The notes under the pieces: generated by a model
Seen by the model: only the letters and a program-made list of their open reading frames with translations
Told to the model about the DNA's origin: nothing
The model's database searches: none
Assembly: GCA_035623755.1 (NCBI GenBank)
Contig: DASPSV010000032.1
Span: 10,765-74,764, forward strand
Source of the DNA: Gemmatimonadales bacterium
Lineage (GTDB): Bacteria; Gemmatimonadota; Gemmatimonadetes; Gemmatimonadales; JACORV01
Direction of reading: 5' to 3'
Length of the DNA: 64,000 nucleotides
Position numbers and translations under genes: made by a program
Shown here: one piece after another, positions 11,344 to 22,198 of the stretch
Numbering within the stretch: the first letter of the stretch is position 1
Layout: every line of letters starts with the position of its first letter

Positions 11344-11976
11344 TCAGTCGAGGTGGGGCTGGATGATGGCCGCGAAGTTGTTCCGGGCGCGATTCAGCCG
11401 GCTCTTCACCGTGCCAAGATTGCAGCCCGTAATCTCGGAGATCTCCTCGTACGTCTTGCCCTCGAGCTCGCGCAGGACGAAGACCACGCGGTGATGCTCG
11501 GGGAGCTGGGATACCGACTGCTCCACCAGCTCGCGAAGGTGGCGCTTGCGGAACAGGTCGTCGGGCCGGGAGCTCGAGTCCTCGAACTGCAGCGGCCGAT
11601 GGTCGGCCTCCCAGTGACGCTTGATGGTCTGGAAGAGCACCAGCGGGTTGCGGCTGCGGTTCCGGAGCTCGTTCTTGGCCAGGTTCGACGCGATCGTGTA
11701 CGCCCAAGTCGAGAACTTCTTGGTCTGGTCGAAGCGGTGGAGGTGCCGGTAGATCCTGATGAACACTTCCTGCACCAGGTCCTCGGCGCGCTCCCGGTCG
11801 CCCACGGTGCGGTAGATGAAGTTCAGCAGCCGGATCTGGTACCGGGAAACCAGCTCGTCGAAGGCCCGGTCGTTGCCGTCGAGGAACGCCTGCACCACCT
11901 GGCCGTCCTCGAGGGCCGCGAACGGCGTGGCAGCCTGACGGGAGCTGCGGAGGCCGTCCTTCAACGCCAGGGTCAT
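11344..11976 (-). CDS. ECF-type RNA polymerase sigma-70 factor
   Basis: Start reset to M51 of ORF 11344..12126. Region 2 is DLVQEVFIRIYRHLHRFD..FSTWAYTIASNLAKN. Region 4 is YEEISEITGCNLGTVKSRLNRAR. Confidence 0.9.
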   Translation of the reverse strand: MTLALKDGLRSSRQAATPFAALEDGQVVQAFLDGNDRAFDELVSRYQIRLLNFIYRTVGDRERAEDLVQEVFIRIYRHLHRFDQTKKFSTWAYTIASNLAKNELRNRSRNPLVLFQTIKRHWEADHRPLQFEDSSSRPDDLFRKRHLRELVEQSVSQLPEHHRVVFVLRELEGKTYEEISEITGCNLGTVKSRLNRARNNFAAIIQPHLD

Positions 11977-12144
11977 GTGCCACCCGCTCTTAATGGGGAG
12001 TGCCGCACTCCCTACGAGCAGGAACCATACCGGGTTGCTCTGCCCAACTGGCATACCTGCCAAGGTGTTGCAGCGAAAAAGCTTGTCGTCAGTCTCGCCT
12101 TCCGGGCGGGGCAAGCGCCCCGGCATCCGGTCGTCCTCTAAAGG

Positions 12145-12720
12145 CTACAGTTCAAGCTGGAAACCTGCGAAAAAGAGAACAGCCACGACCGTCTTCCCGT
12201 CCACGAGCTCGCCGTCGCGGATCATGCTCAGGGCCCGGCTCGTCAGGACCGGCTTCAGCTCCAGGAACTCGTCCGCCTCGTGTCGCTGGTCCTCGGGCCG
12301 CACGACGAGGTCGTGGGCGACGAACAGGTGGATCTGCTCGTCGGTGAAGCCGGGCGTCGTGTAGATCGTCGTCAGGCGCTGCCACCGGCCGGCGGTGGCG
12401 CCGGCCTCCTCGAGCAGCTCGCGGCGCGCGCACTGCTCGGGCGATTCGCCGGGCTCGAGCCTCCCGGCCGGGATCTCCCAGATGGGACCGCCGGCGGCGT
12501 AGCGGTACTGGTGGATCAACAGCAGCTGCGGGTCGTCGCCTCCCGAGAGCAGGGGGATCACGGCGGCCGCGCCCGGGTGCCGGATCATCTCCAGCTCTCC
12601 ACTCTCCCCGTTGGGAAACCGCACCGTGTCCACGTCGAGGTTCAGCACGCGGCCGGAGTAGATCCGCCGCGTGGCGGTCCGGTCCTTCGGCGCTCCGCTC
12701 ACCGGACGGTCTGGCCCCAC
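12145..12720 (-). CDS. NUDIX hydrolase (ADP-ribose pyrophosphatase-like)
   Basis: Nudix box GRLEPGESPEQCARRELLEEAG. An alternative GTG start at 12702 would give a GTGA overlap with the upstream gene. Confidence 0.85.
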   Translation of the reverse strand: MGPDRPVSGAPKDRTATRRIYSGRVLNLDVDTVRFPNGESGELEMIRHPGAAAVIPLLSGGDDPQLLLIHQYRYAAGGPIWEIPAGRLEPGESPEQCARRELLEEAGATAGRWQRLTTIYTTPGFTDEQIHLFVAHDLVVRPEDQRHEADEFLELKPVLTSRALSMIRDGELVDGKTVVAVLFFAGFQLEL

Positions 12721-14147
12721 ATGTCGCGCGCCACGACGGGACCCTCGTGGAGCGCCTCGAGCCCGGCCTGGATCTGGGTCCGGTCTCCGACCACGACGAT
12801 GTCGATGTGGTCGAGGTCCAGGTACTGCCGTGCCACCCGCTGGACGTCGGCGGCCGTGACCGCCTCGATGTGCGGGATGTAGGTGTCGTAGTAGTCGAGC
12901 GGCAGGCCGAACTGGAGCAGCTCGGCGAACTGCTGCGCCGCAGCCGCCGTGGTCTCGAACTCGGCCGGCAGGCCCAGCGTGACGTAGGCCTTCGCCTTGG
13001 CGAGCTCCGCGTCAGGCACCGCCTCGTCGCGGATGCGGCGCAGCTCGCGCATGAACTCGATCAGGCCGCTGTCGGTCTTGGCGGTCACGATGGAGGAGGC
13101 GGCCACGAACGGGCCGGCCTGTCGACGCATCACGAACTGGGAGCTGGCGCCGTAGGTGTAGCCGTGGGTCTCCCGGAGGTTCTGGTTCAGGCGCGAGGTG
13201 AACGAGCCGCCGAGGATGGTGTTGAGAACTTCGAGCGCGAAGTAGTCGGGCGTCGCGCGGCTCACGCCGACGAGGCCGATGCGGAAGACCGACTGCGCGG
13301 CCCCCGGCTTGTCCACGAGGTAGATCGTGCGCGCGGCGGCCGCCGGGGCCGGCGCCTCCGCGACGGCGGGCACGTCCGCGCGCTCCCACCCGCCAAACCG
13401 CGCGGTGACCAGCGCGGCGGCCTCGGCGGGCGTGACGTCGCCCACGACCAGCAGCCGCGCGGAGTTCGGCCGGTAGTACGACCGGTAGAACTGCGTGACG
13501 CGCTCGCGCGTCAGCGCCGCCGCGGACGCCTCGGTGCCGCTCACCGGCCGGCCGTACGGGTGCGCCGCGCCGAACACGGTCGCGGCGAAGGCGATGTTGG
13601 CCATCGCCATGGGCTGGTCGCGCTGCTGGAGAATCTGGGTCCGCCGCAGGTCGCGCTGGCGCGCGATCTCCGAATCCGGGAACGTCGGGCGCAGCACGAC
13701 GTCGGCCAGCAGGTCCAGGGCCGGGCCGAGGCGTCGCGTGGGCACGTGGAGCGAGGCGACGGCCGCGTCGTAGCTCGCGCTGGTGGCCAGCGAGGCGCCG
13801 AGATAGGCGGCCTGGTCGGCGATGTCCAGCGCGCCGCGGGCCCCGGCGCCCTGCTGCAGCATGGTCGCGGTGAAGGTGGCGAGGCCGGCCAGCGAGTCGG
13901 GATCGCGGACCGCCCCGGCGTCGATCAGCAGCGTCACGTCCACCACCGGGACCTTGTGCATCTCGACCACGGCCACCTGCAGGCCGTTGGGGAGCGTCGT
14001 GACCTGCACGGCGGGCACCCGGAGCGCCGGCGGCGGCGGCAGCACGGGGGGGTGCGAGCGGTCGGGCTGCTGGGCGGAGAGCCGCGCGAGCGGCAGGCCG
14101 GCCATCAGGGCGGCCACGGCCACGAGACGGGCGCGAGGCGCGGTCAT
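12699..14147 (-). CDS. M16 (pitrilysin) family peptidase, probable non-catalytic partner subunit
   Basis: 482 aa with a signal peptide and M16 N- and C-domains, but no HxxEH motif. ATGA overlap with the upstream M16 gene. Confidence 0.85.
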   Translation of the reverse strand: MTAPRARLVAVAALMAGLPLARLSAQQPDRSHPPVLPPPPALRVPAVQVTTLPNGLQVAVVEMHKVPVVDVTLLIDAGAVRDPDSLAGLATFTATMLQQGAGARGALDIADQAAYLGASLATSASYDAAVASLHVPTRRLGPALDLLADVVLRPTFPDSEIARQRDLRRTQILQQRDQPMAMANIAFAATVFGAAHPYGRPVSGTEASAAALTRERVTQFYRSYYRPNSARLLVVGDVTPAEAAALVTARFGGWERADVPAVAEAPAPAAAARTIYLVDKPGAAQSVFRIGLVGVSRATPDYFALEVLNTILGGSFTSRLNQNLRETHGYTYGASSQFVMRRQAGPFVAASSIVTAKTDSGLIEFMRELRRIRDEAVPDAELAKAKAYVTLGLPAEFETTAAAAQQFAELLQFGLPLDYYDTYIPHIEAVTAADVQRVARQYLDLDHIDIVVVGDRTQIQAGLEALHEGPVVARDMWGQTVR

Positions 14148-15571
14148 CGGGAAGCTCCTTGGGTCGCGGCGAGCTCGGTATGGCCCTCGGGCACGACGCT
14201 CAGCACCACCCGGTGCGGGCGGACCAGGTAGGCCTGCGCGAGGCGCCGCACGTCGGCCGCCGTCACGTGGCGATAGCGGTCGAGGTCGCGCTCGAAGAAG
14301 TCGGGCGCGCCCACGAAGTAGTCGTAGTAGTCGAGCTGGTCCGCCTTGCCGAGGACCCGCTCCATGCGGTCGAGGAAGTCCGCCTCGATCGAGTTCCGGA
14401 CCCGCTCCACCTCACGCGGCGTGGGCCCCGAATCGGCCAGTGCGCGGACCACCTCGTCGATCACGCGCGACAGCTCGTTGAGGTCGTGGCCCGGCCGGGC
14501 GGTGGCGACGATCTCGAACTTCCCGTCGATCCGCCCACCGTCCTGGTAGGCCGAGACCTGGGTGGCGATCTGCAGCTCGTACACCAGGCGCTTGTAGAGC
14601 CGCGACGCCTTCCCGTCGGCCAGGATGGCGCCCAGGACTTCGAGTCCCGCGTCGTCGGACGCGAAGGCCTTCACCGTGTGCCACGCGTCGTACACGCGCG
14701 GGAGCTGCACCCGGTCCTCCAGCGTCCCGTACACGTCCGCCGGCAGGCTCACGGCCGGCGGGGCCGTGCGCGTCACGGCCGGCCCGCGCGCGAGGCCGCC
14801 GAACCACCGCTCGACGAGCGAGCGGACCTCGGGGACCGTCACGTCGCCGGCCACGACCATGGTCGCGTTGCTGGGCGTGTAGAAGCTCCGGGAGAACTGC
14901 TGGACGTCCTCGATGCTGGCGGCGTTGAGATCCGCCATCGAGCCGATCACGGGCCAGCTGTACGGGTGGTCGGCCGGATACAGCCGCTTGAGGATGTTCT
15001 CCTGCGCGAGGCCGTAGGGCTGGTTCTCGTAGCTCTGGCGCCGCTCGTTCTGGACCACGCCGCGCTGCAGGTCGACCTTGGGCGGCGTGATCTCCGGCAA
15101 CAGGAACCCCATCCGGTCGGAGTCGAGGTACAGCATCAGCGCCAGTGCGTTCGACGGCCCGCTCTCGTAGTAGTTGGTGCGGTCCGCGGTGGTCGAGCCG
15201 TTGTTGTCGGCGCCGGCCGCCTCGAGCAGCTGGTCGAACTGTCCGGTGGCCACGTGCTCGGAGCCCATGAACATCAGGTGCTCGAACAGGTGGGCGAACC
15301 CGGTGCGGCCCGCCCGCTCGTCGGACGATCCCACGTGGTACCAGGTGTCCACCGTGACGATCGGGACCGAGTGGTCCTCGTGCACGATCACCTTCAGGCC
15401 GTTGCCCAGCGTGAAGGACGCGTACGGGACGTGCAGCGCCTGGGCGGCCAGCGGGCGGCCGGACGCCGCGACCAGCAACACCGTGGTCGCCAGGGCCCAC
15501 GGGAGGGTGCCCCGCCGGGCCACGTGAACGCGAGCGGTCATCTTCACCTCGACGCGAGTAGGGCGATGCAA
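14144..15571 (-). CDS. M16 family zinc peptidase (catalytic subunit)
   Basis: Inverted zincin motif in GFAHLFEHLMFMGSEH. Signal peptide present. A likelier start is M11 at 15541 (MTARVHVARRG). Confidence 0.9.
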   Translation of the reverse strand: MHRPTRVEVKMTARVHVARRGTLPWALATTVLLVAASGRPLAAQALHVPYASFTLGNGLKVIVHEDHSVPIVTVDTWYHVGSSDERAGRTGFAHLFEHLMFMGSEHVATGQFDQLLEAAGADNNGSTTADRTNYYESGPSNALALMLYLDSDRMGFLLPEITPPKVDLQRGVVQNERRQSYENQPYGLAQENILKRLYPADHPYSWPVIGSMADLNAASIEDVQQFSRSFYTPSNATMVVAGDVTVPEVRSLVERWFGGLARGPAVTRTAPPAVSLPADVYGTLEDRVQLPRVYDAWHTVKAFASDDAGLEVLGAILADGKASRLYKRLVYELQIATQVSAYQDGGRIDGKFEIVATARPGHDLNELSRVIDEVVRALADSGPTPREVERVRNSIEADFLDRMERVLGKADQLDYYDYFVGAPDFFERDLDRYRHVTAADVRRLAQAYLVRPHRVVLSVVPEGHTELAATQGASR

Positions 15572-15590
15572 CGGGCGCCGGACGGGCCGG

Positions 15591-16973
15591 CTAGATCTCG
15601 AACGGCTCGCCGAGCTTGGGGACGTCTGCCTGCTTGACGCCCAGCTCGCGCAGCAGGCCCGCCATCGCCTGCAGCTGCTCGGTCTCGCCGTGCACCGTGA
15701 AGGCCCGTTTGGGAGTCTCTCCGAGGCCTACGACCCACTGCCGCAGTTCGTTTCGGTCGGCGTGCCCCGAGTATCCGCCGATGGTCGCGACCTCGCAGCG
15801 GACCGGCACCATCTCGCCGAAGATCCGCACCTCCTTGTCGCCTTCCTGCAGCCGGTGGCCGAGCGTGTAGCTCGCCTGGAAGCCGACGATCAGGACCAGG
15901 TTGCGGTGGTCGCCCACGCCGTTGCGGAGGTGGTGGAGGATGCGCCCGGACTCGGCCATGCCCGAGGCCGCGATGATGATGGCGGGCCCGCGGATCCCGT
16001 TCAGCGCCTTCGACTCCTCGACCGAGCGCACGTATTTCACCATCGGGAAGCGGAACAGGTCGTCGGTCTCGCGCACCAGCCGCTCGGACGGATCGAACGC
16101 CTCGGGGTGGAGGCGGAAGACGTCGGTGGCGTTCACCGCCAGCGGCGAGTCCACGTAGATCGGGATCTTCGGGATCGCGTTGTCGCGTGCCAGGCCGTGC
16201 AGCTCGTAGATCAGCTCCTGCGCGCGCTCGATGGCGAAGGCCGGGATGAAGATCTTCCCGCCCCGGGCGGCGACCTTGTTCACGTACCCGGCCAGCATGC
16301 TCTGCGCTTCCATCACCGACTCGTGGACCTTGTTCGCGTACGTGCTCTCCACGATGAGCACGTCGGCGAGGCCCCGGGGCGGCTGCGGGTCGCGGATGAT
16401 CGGCAGGCCCCAGCGCCCGATGTCGCCCGAGAACACGACGCGGCGCTTGGCGCCGGCGGCGTCGATGTCCAGCACCACCGAGGCGGAGCCGAGCATGTGG
16501 CCCGCGTCGCTGTAGGTGAGGCGGATGCCGGGCGCGACGTCGAGCGGCTTGTCGTACGGCAGGCTCACCATGTGGTCCACGACCCGGGTGGCGTCCTGCG
16601 CCGTGTACAGCGGCTCGGCCAGGTGGTTGCCGCCCCGCTTCTTCAGGAACTCGAAGTCCTTCTCCTGGATGAAGCCGGAGTCCGGCAGCATCACGCTCGC
16701 GAGGTCGCGCGTGGCGGAGGTGCAGAAGATCGAGCCCTGGTAGCCCAGCTTCACCAGCAGCGGCAGCCGGCCGGTGTGGTCGATGTGGGCGTGACTCACG
16801 ATCACCGCGTCGATGTCGCCCACCGCGAGCGGGAAATGCTCGTTCTTCCGCCGCGCCTCTTCCCGCCGTCCCTGGAACATCCCGCAGTCGAGCAGCAGGC
16901 GCTTGGGCCCGATCTCGAGCAGGTGCATGGACCCGGTGACCTCGCCGGCGGCCCCCCAGCACGTCAGGCGCAT
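15591..16973 (-). CDS. MBL-fold / beta-CASP RNA-metabolising hydrolase
   Basis: 460 aa. LLLDCGMFQG, VIVSHAHIDHTGRLP, and beta-CASP-type C-terminal motifs (GYSGHAD). Confidence 0.85.
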   Translation of the reverse strand: MRLTCWGAAGEVTGSMHLLEIGPKRLLLDCGMFQGRREEARRKNEHFPLAVGDIDAVIVSHAHIDHTGRLPLLVKLGYQGSIFCTSATRDLASVMLPDSGFIQEKDFEFLKKRGGNHLAEPLYTAQDATRVVDHMVSLPYDKPLDVAPGIRLTYSDAGHMLGSASVVLDIDAAGAKRRVVFSGDIGRWGLPIIRDPQPPRGLADVLIVESTYANKVHESVMEAQSMLAGYVNKVAARGGKIFIPAFAIERAQELIYELHGLARDNAIPKIPIYVDSPLAVNATDVFRLHPEAFDPSERLVRETDDLFRFPMVKYVRSVEESKALNGIRGPAIIIAASGMAESGRILHHLRNGVGDHRNLVLIVGFQASYTLGHRLQEGDKEVRIFGEMVPVRCEVATIGGYSGHADRNELRQWVVGLGETPKRAFTVHGETEQLQAMAGLLRELGVKQADVPKLGEPFEI

Positions 16974-16974
16974 G

Positions 16975-17142
16975 TCAGCTCTCCCGTTGAAAGACGGCGA
17001 GCAGCCGGCGCGGCCCGAGGGCCACCAGCTCGACGAGGGTCCAGCCGCCGCGGCGGCGCTCGTTCAGCTCGTCGGTGAGGGCCTCTTCGTCGGCGAGGCC
17101 CCGGCCCGAGAGCCGGATGATCGCGGTCTGGTACTCGGTCAT
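16975..17142 (-). CDS. Small DUF4177-like protein
   Basis: Start reset to M69 of ORF 16975..17346: MTEYQTAIIRLSGRG..GGWTLVELVALGPRRLLAVFQRE. Wedged between upp and the beta-CASP gene. Confidence 0.55.
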   Translation of the reverse strand: MTEYQTAIIRLSGRGLADEEALTDELNERRRGGWTLVELVALGPRRLLAVFQRES

Positions 17143-17144
17143 GG

Positions 17145-17783
<639 letters not shown>

Positions 17784-17869
17784 GCCCCTAAACTGCGCAC
17801 CGGACGCGGATTCGGGAAGACAGCGGGCGGTGCCACTCCGCCGCCCGTGCCGCTATCTTTGGTGCCGCC

Positions 17870-17942
<73 letters not shown>

Positions 17943-17951
17943 TTCGCAGGC

Positions 17952-18710
17952 CTAGAACAGGTTCGCCGCCCGCACGCGGAAGTCCACGTTGTCCTTCATC
18001 CACGTCCACAGGTCGTGCTGCCCCGCCAGCGGCAGGGCGGCCCGGTACTGCATGTGCCAGCCCGCCATGACCTGCTGCTCCTCCGTCCACAGGCGGACGC
18101 GCCGGCGCGGGATGAGCGTCTTCCAGTCCTCGCCCACCGTCGGGTTCGCGTACAGCAGGCGCACGGTCACGCTGCGGGCGAGGAACTCGAGCGGGCCGAG
18201 GTCGATGCGCGCGTACGGGTTCTCGTGCGCCGCGAGCCGCGTGCCCGGCGGCACGTCCGGCACGCCGTCCGAGAGCACGACCACGTTGAGCGGCGTCATC
18301 ACCAGGCCCCGCTCCTTGACCAGGGTCGCCACCCGCTGGAAGAAGGCGTTGAAGTCGGTGTACGCATCGGTCTCCGGGAACCAGCGCCTGAGGTCCGCCG
18401 CGATCTCGTCCGGGGTCCGGCCCGCGAAGTCGTTGATGGGGTGGAACGGCTTCGGCTCGCCGGGCCGCTCGCCGCCCACCGACCCGACGAACAGCGCGCT
18501 GGGCGGCTGGAGGCCGTCGTAGCCGCCCAGGTGCGAGGCGATGTAGATCGCCGCGAACTGCACGGCGTCGTCGTACAGCCGCGCCTCGCGGAACGAGCCG
18601 CTCACGTCGATGCCGACGACCAGCGTGCCGGGGGCCGGCTGCCCGGCCTGGTCGCCCCGGCTGCACGCACCGAGCAGGGCGAGGGCGACGATCGCCGCGC
18701 GGCGGGTCAT
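17952..18710 (-). CDS. VWA-like domain lipoprotein, function unknown
   Basis: Start reset to M458 of ORF 17952..20081. Lipobox ALALLGAC, MIDAS-like VVGIDVSGS (DxSxS), and later VVVLSDG. Confidence 0.7.
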   Translation of the reverse strand: MTRRAAIVALALLGACSRGDQAGQPAPGTLVVGIDVSGSFREARLYDDAVQFAAIYIASHLGGYDGLQPPSALFVGSVGGERPGEPKPFHPINDFAGRTPDEIAADLRRWFPETDAYTDFNAFFQRVATLVKERGLVMTPLNVVVLSDGVPDVPPGTRLAAHENPYARIDLGPLEFLARSVTVRLLYANPTVGEDWKTLIPRRRVRLWTEEQQVMAGWHMQYRAALPLAGQHDLWTWMKDNVDFRVRAANLF

Positions 18711-19939
18711 GCGCTGGCCCGGGCCACGGACTGCGCCGCCGGCGCACCGATCTGCGGGGTGCCGGCGAGCACCTGGTCCAGCGACCGGAGTGGCAGCGTG
18801 AACAGCGGCCGGCCGAGGATCACCACCACCGCGCAGTTGATCCCCGCGGCCAGGAGCTGCAGCACGGGCAGCGTGAGGAGCTCGAACACGCGCCGCGCCT
18901 CGGCCTGGAACCAGTCGGACTCCGCCTTGAGCGCCGCGACGGGGCCGCGCCAGAACTCGACGTCCAGCTCGCCCGCCGTGGCCGTGCCCGGCCGCGCGCC
19001 CGGCATGCTGTGGCGCGCGAGGATGCTCAGGAACGTCGGCGTCCCGAACCGCCCGAACAGGAACCACGTCATCGCGCGGACGCCGGCCCAGCCGAACGAG
19101 GCCAGCAGCAGCGTCGAGACGAAGCCCAGCTTCACCCCGGTCTGGTTCGCGATCCAGGGCGTGATGGCGTCGATCAGCTCGCGGTACAGGAACACCACCT
19201 CGAAGAACATCACCGCGGCCTCGGCGATCACCATCCCGGCGATCTGGGTCGCGTTGCGGGACTTGATCGCCTCGGACAGCACCTGGATGGCCGCGAAGCT
19301 GCCCGACACGACGACGAACAGGAACGGCCAGAGGACCAGGCCCACCCCCACGCTCCACAGCTGCCGCCCGGTGATGTCCGCCATCAGCTCCGAGACGGTG
19401 GGCATCAGGGCGAAGGTGAAGATCGTCGCCTCGAGCGCGGACCACGCCAGGATGAACAGGAACGCGAGCCACGGCACGCCCGGCTGGAAGTACTGGCGCG
19501 TGGTCCAGTCGAGCAGGGCGAACGGGCGCGTCAGGATGAACTTGAGGAGTCGCCACAGCAGCGAGGCGGCGAGCTTCAGCAGGCCCCACACCCAGCCCGC
19601 GAGGACGACGGCGAGGCGCGCGAGCCCGGCCCAGTAGAACCAGATCATCCGACCGGCATCCCACCAGGCGACCAGCAGCGTGGTGAGGAAGCCGCCGCGG
19701 CCGGAGCGGAACGGCAGCGTGTAGAGCGACGCCATCGTGCACCACAGCGCGGCCACGAGCAGCGCCGCGGGCAGGAGCAGCAGCACGGCCTTCGCCGCCC
19801 CCTCCGCCGCCGTCGTGCCCGTCACCGTGAAGGGCAGCACGAGCCGCTGGAAGTCGAGGATCCAGGTGAAACCGGATGCGATCACCCGGAACGTCTGCTG
19901 CCACTGTTCCGGGACCGTCTGCTGCAGGGACGCGAGCAT
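18707..19939 (-). CDS. Polytopic inner-membrane protein, function unknown
   Basis: Start reset to M62 (MLASLQQTV) of ORF 18707..20122. About 9 hydrophobic helices rich in W/F/L. ATGA overlap with the VWA lipoprotein gene. Confidence 0.65.
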   Translation of the reverse strand: MLASLQQTVPEQWQQTFRVIASGFTWILDFQRLVLPFTVTGTTAAEGAAKAVLLLLPAALLVAALWCTMASLYTLPFRSGRGGFLTTLLVAWWDAGRMIWFYWAGLARLAVVLAGWVWGLLKLAASLLWRLLKFILTRPFALLDWTTRQYFQPGVPWLAFLFILAWSALEATIFTFALMPTVSELMADITGRQLWSVGVGLVLWPFLFVVVSGSFAAIQVLSEAIKSRNATQIAGMVIAEAAVMFFEVVFLYRELIDAITPWIANQTGVKLGFVSTLLLASFGWAGVRAMTWFLFGRFGTPTFLSILARHSMPGARPGTATAGELDVEFWRGPVAALKAESDWFQAEARRVFELLTLPVLQLLAAGINCAVVVILGRPLFTLPLRSLDQVLAGTPQIGAPAAQSVARASA

Positions 19940-20164
19940 TGTCGCACCTCCGGCGCGAGAGGCACGCCAGCGCGATGGGGGTTGCCGGGATGACCCGGGG
20001 AGGGCTCGCGCCGTAACCGGCGGTGCCACGCGGAGCGCGTCGCCGGGAGTGGACAGCGCCCGTGCCCCTGAGGCGCAGCAAGGAGTTAGCCCCGGTCGCG
20101 CGGCGGCCGGGGCGGATGGCATGTTGCAGATTTGTGACGTCGTCCGGTCGCCCGGACGGTCAGC

Positions 20165-20911
20165 TCACGGGTCCTCGCCGAGCGTCGCGTAGTAGCTGGC
20201 GACACGGTCGCGCGCGCCGGCCCGGGTGTACACGTCGGGCCGCCGCGACGCGATCACGCCGGCGATGACGGCCGCGACCTCCTCAGCGCTCTGGGAGTCG
20301 GGCAACTGCCGCGAGTCGGGCCCGCCGTGGAGCGCGTTCAGGCCGAAGTCGGTGCGCACCACGGGCGGCGAGACCAGGGAGAACTGGATCCCCGGGTGCG
20401 TCTGCTGCACCTCGGCCCGGAACGTGGCGGTGAGCGCATTGAGGAAGTGCTTGGCGCCGCAGTAGGCGGACCGGATGACCGCGAACGGGATCCGTCCCAG
20501 CATCGAGGAGACGTTGATGACGTGGCCGGCGCCGCGCTCCTTGAAGTGGGGCAGCACCTCCTGCATGCCGTACAGCGCCGACTTGACGTTCTGGCGCATC
20601 ACCATGTCCACGTCGTCGTCGGTGAGCGCCGACGGCGGGCGGGAGATGCCCTGGCCGGCGTTGTTGATCCACACGTCGATGCGGCCGAAGCGGGCCAGCG
20701 CCTCCGCGACGACGCGGTGGACCTGCGCGCGGTCGGCGACGTCCGCGACCACGACCGCGGCGTGTCCGCCGCAGCGCGCGGCCACGGCCTCGAGCGCGTC
20801 CCGGCGGCGCGCCACGAGGACGACCGACATGCCCCGGCCCGCCAGCAGCTGAGCCGTCGCCGCGCCGATGCCGGCGCTCGCGCCGGTGATGACCACCACC
20901 TTCTCGTCCAT
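20165..20911 (-). CDS. Short-chain dehydrogenase/reductase (SDR)
   Basis: C-terminal 248 aa of ORF 20165..22003. VVVITGASAGIG, NNAG, and the catalytic YCGAK. Confidence 0.9.
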   Translation of the reverse strand: MDEKVVVITGASAGIGAATAQLLAGRGMSVVLVARRRDALEAVAARCGGHAAVVVADVADRAQVHRVVAEALARFGRIDVWINNAGQGISRPPSALTDDDVDMVMRQNVKSALYGMQEVLPHFKERGAGHVINVSSMLGRIPFAVIRSAYCGAKHFLNALTATFRAEVQQTHPGIQFSLVSPPVVRTDFGLNALHGGPDSRQLPDSQSAEEVAAVIAGVIASRRPDVYTRAGARDRVASYYATLGEDP

Positions 20912-21052
20912 CTCGGGCCTCGTGCGAAGTCGAAGTGGGTGCCGCGCGGCGGCGCGCGTGCGGCGCCGGGCGCGGCGAAGCTGTCGAGGTCCTTCCTGGT
21001 GCGGTAGACTATCCGGGCCGGCGCTCGTGAACAACCGGCAGGGGAGCGCGTC

Positions 21053-22189
21053 GTGAGCAGGATTCTCGTCCTCGGCGGTGGGCTGGTCGGTCGCGTGATC
21101 GCGCGGGACCTTGCCCGCGAGAAGGATTTCCAGGTCACGGTGGCGGACGCCGCGGAGGCGACGCGCGAGCGGCTGGAGGCCGAGGGGCTCCAGGCCGTGG
21201 CGCTCGACCTCACGGACGACGCCGCGGTCCGCCGCGCCGTCGCCGGCGCCGACGTGGTCGTGGGCGCCGCGCCGGGCCACATGGGCTTCCGCCTGCTGCG
21301 CCTCGTCGTCGAGGCGGGCAAGCCGTACGCGGACATCGCCTTCATGCCCGAGGACTTCCTCGCGCTCGACGGCCTCGCGCGGGAGCGCGGCGTCACCGCC
21401 GTGGTGGATTGCGGCGTGGCGCCCGGCCTGTCGAACCTGCTGTGCGGCCGGGCGGCGCACGAGTTCGACGCCGCGGAGCGGATGCTCATCCTGGTGGGCG
21501 GGCTGCCCAAGCATCGCGTCTGGCCGTTCGAGTACCGGGTCGTCTTCTCGGCGGTGGACGTGATCGAGGAGTACACGCGGCCGGCGCGCTGGGTCGAGCA
21601 CGGCCAGCTCGTGACCAAGCCCGCGCTGACCGACGTGGAGCCGGTGGACCTGCCGCGGGTCGGCACGGTCGAAGCCTTCAACACCGACGGCCTGCGCAGC
21701 CTCGCGACGACGCTTCACGCGCCGTTCATGAAGGAGAAAACGCTGCGCTGGCCGGGCCACGTGGAGAAGATGCGCATGCTGCGCGAGACCGGGTTCCTGT
21801 CGCTCGAGGCCATCGACGTGGGCGGCGCGAAGGTCCGCCCCTACGACGTGACGACCCGGCTGCTGTTCGACGCGTGGCGTCTCCCCGACGGCGAGGCGGA
21901 CCTCACCGTGATGCGCGTCGAGGCGACGGGCACGGTCGGCGGCGCGCGGCAGACGTGGACCTGGGATCTCTACGACGAGGCCGATCCGGCGACGGGCTTC
22001 CACTCGATGGCGCGCACCACCGGCTTCCCCTGCGCGATCGCGGCGCGGCTGCTCGCCCGCGGCGAGCTGAAACGCCCGGGCATTCAGCCACCGGAGCGCC
22101 TCGCCGGCGACGATCGCTTCTTCACGGCGATGATGGACGGGCTGCGCGAGCGCGGTGTGACGCTGACCAGGACGGTCGCGCGGGCCTGA
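21053..22189 (+). CDS. Saccharopine dehydrogenase family NAD(P)-binding protein
   Basis: 378 aa. ILVLGGGLVGRVIARDL Rossmann motif, VDCGVAPGLSN. Confidence 0.85.
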   Translation: MSRILVLGGGLVGRVIARDLAREKDFQVTVADAAEATRERLEAEGLQAVALDLTDDAAVRRAVAGADVVVGAAPGHMGFRLLRLVVEAGKPYADIAFMPEDFLALDGLARERGVTAVVDCGVAPGLSNLLCGRAAHEFDAAERMLILVGGLPKHRVWPFEYRVVFSAVDVIEEYTRPARWVEHGQLVTKPALTDVEPVDLPRVGTVEAFNTDGLRSLATTLHAPFMKEKTLRWPGHVEKMRMLRETGFLSLEAIDVGGAKVRPYDVTTRLLFDAWRLPDGEADLTVMRVEATGTVGGARQTWTWDLYDEADPATGFHSMARTTGFPCAIAARLLARGELKRPGIQPPERLAGDDRFFTAMMDGLRERGVTLTRTVARA

Positions 22190-22198
22190 CGCCGCGGC

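Noticed and set aside
17943-20164. tRNA-Phe-associated genomic island or prophage remnant
   Set aside because: There is no integrase, no direct repeat of the tRNA 3' end downstream, and the GC content and codon bias of the two genes look native. I kept it only as an uncharacterised module.
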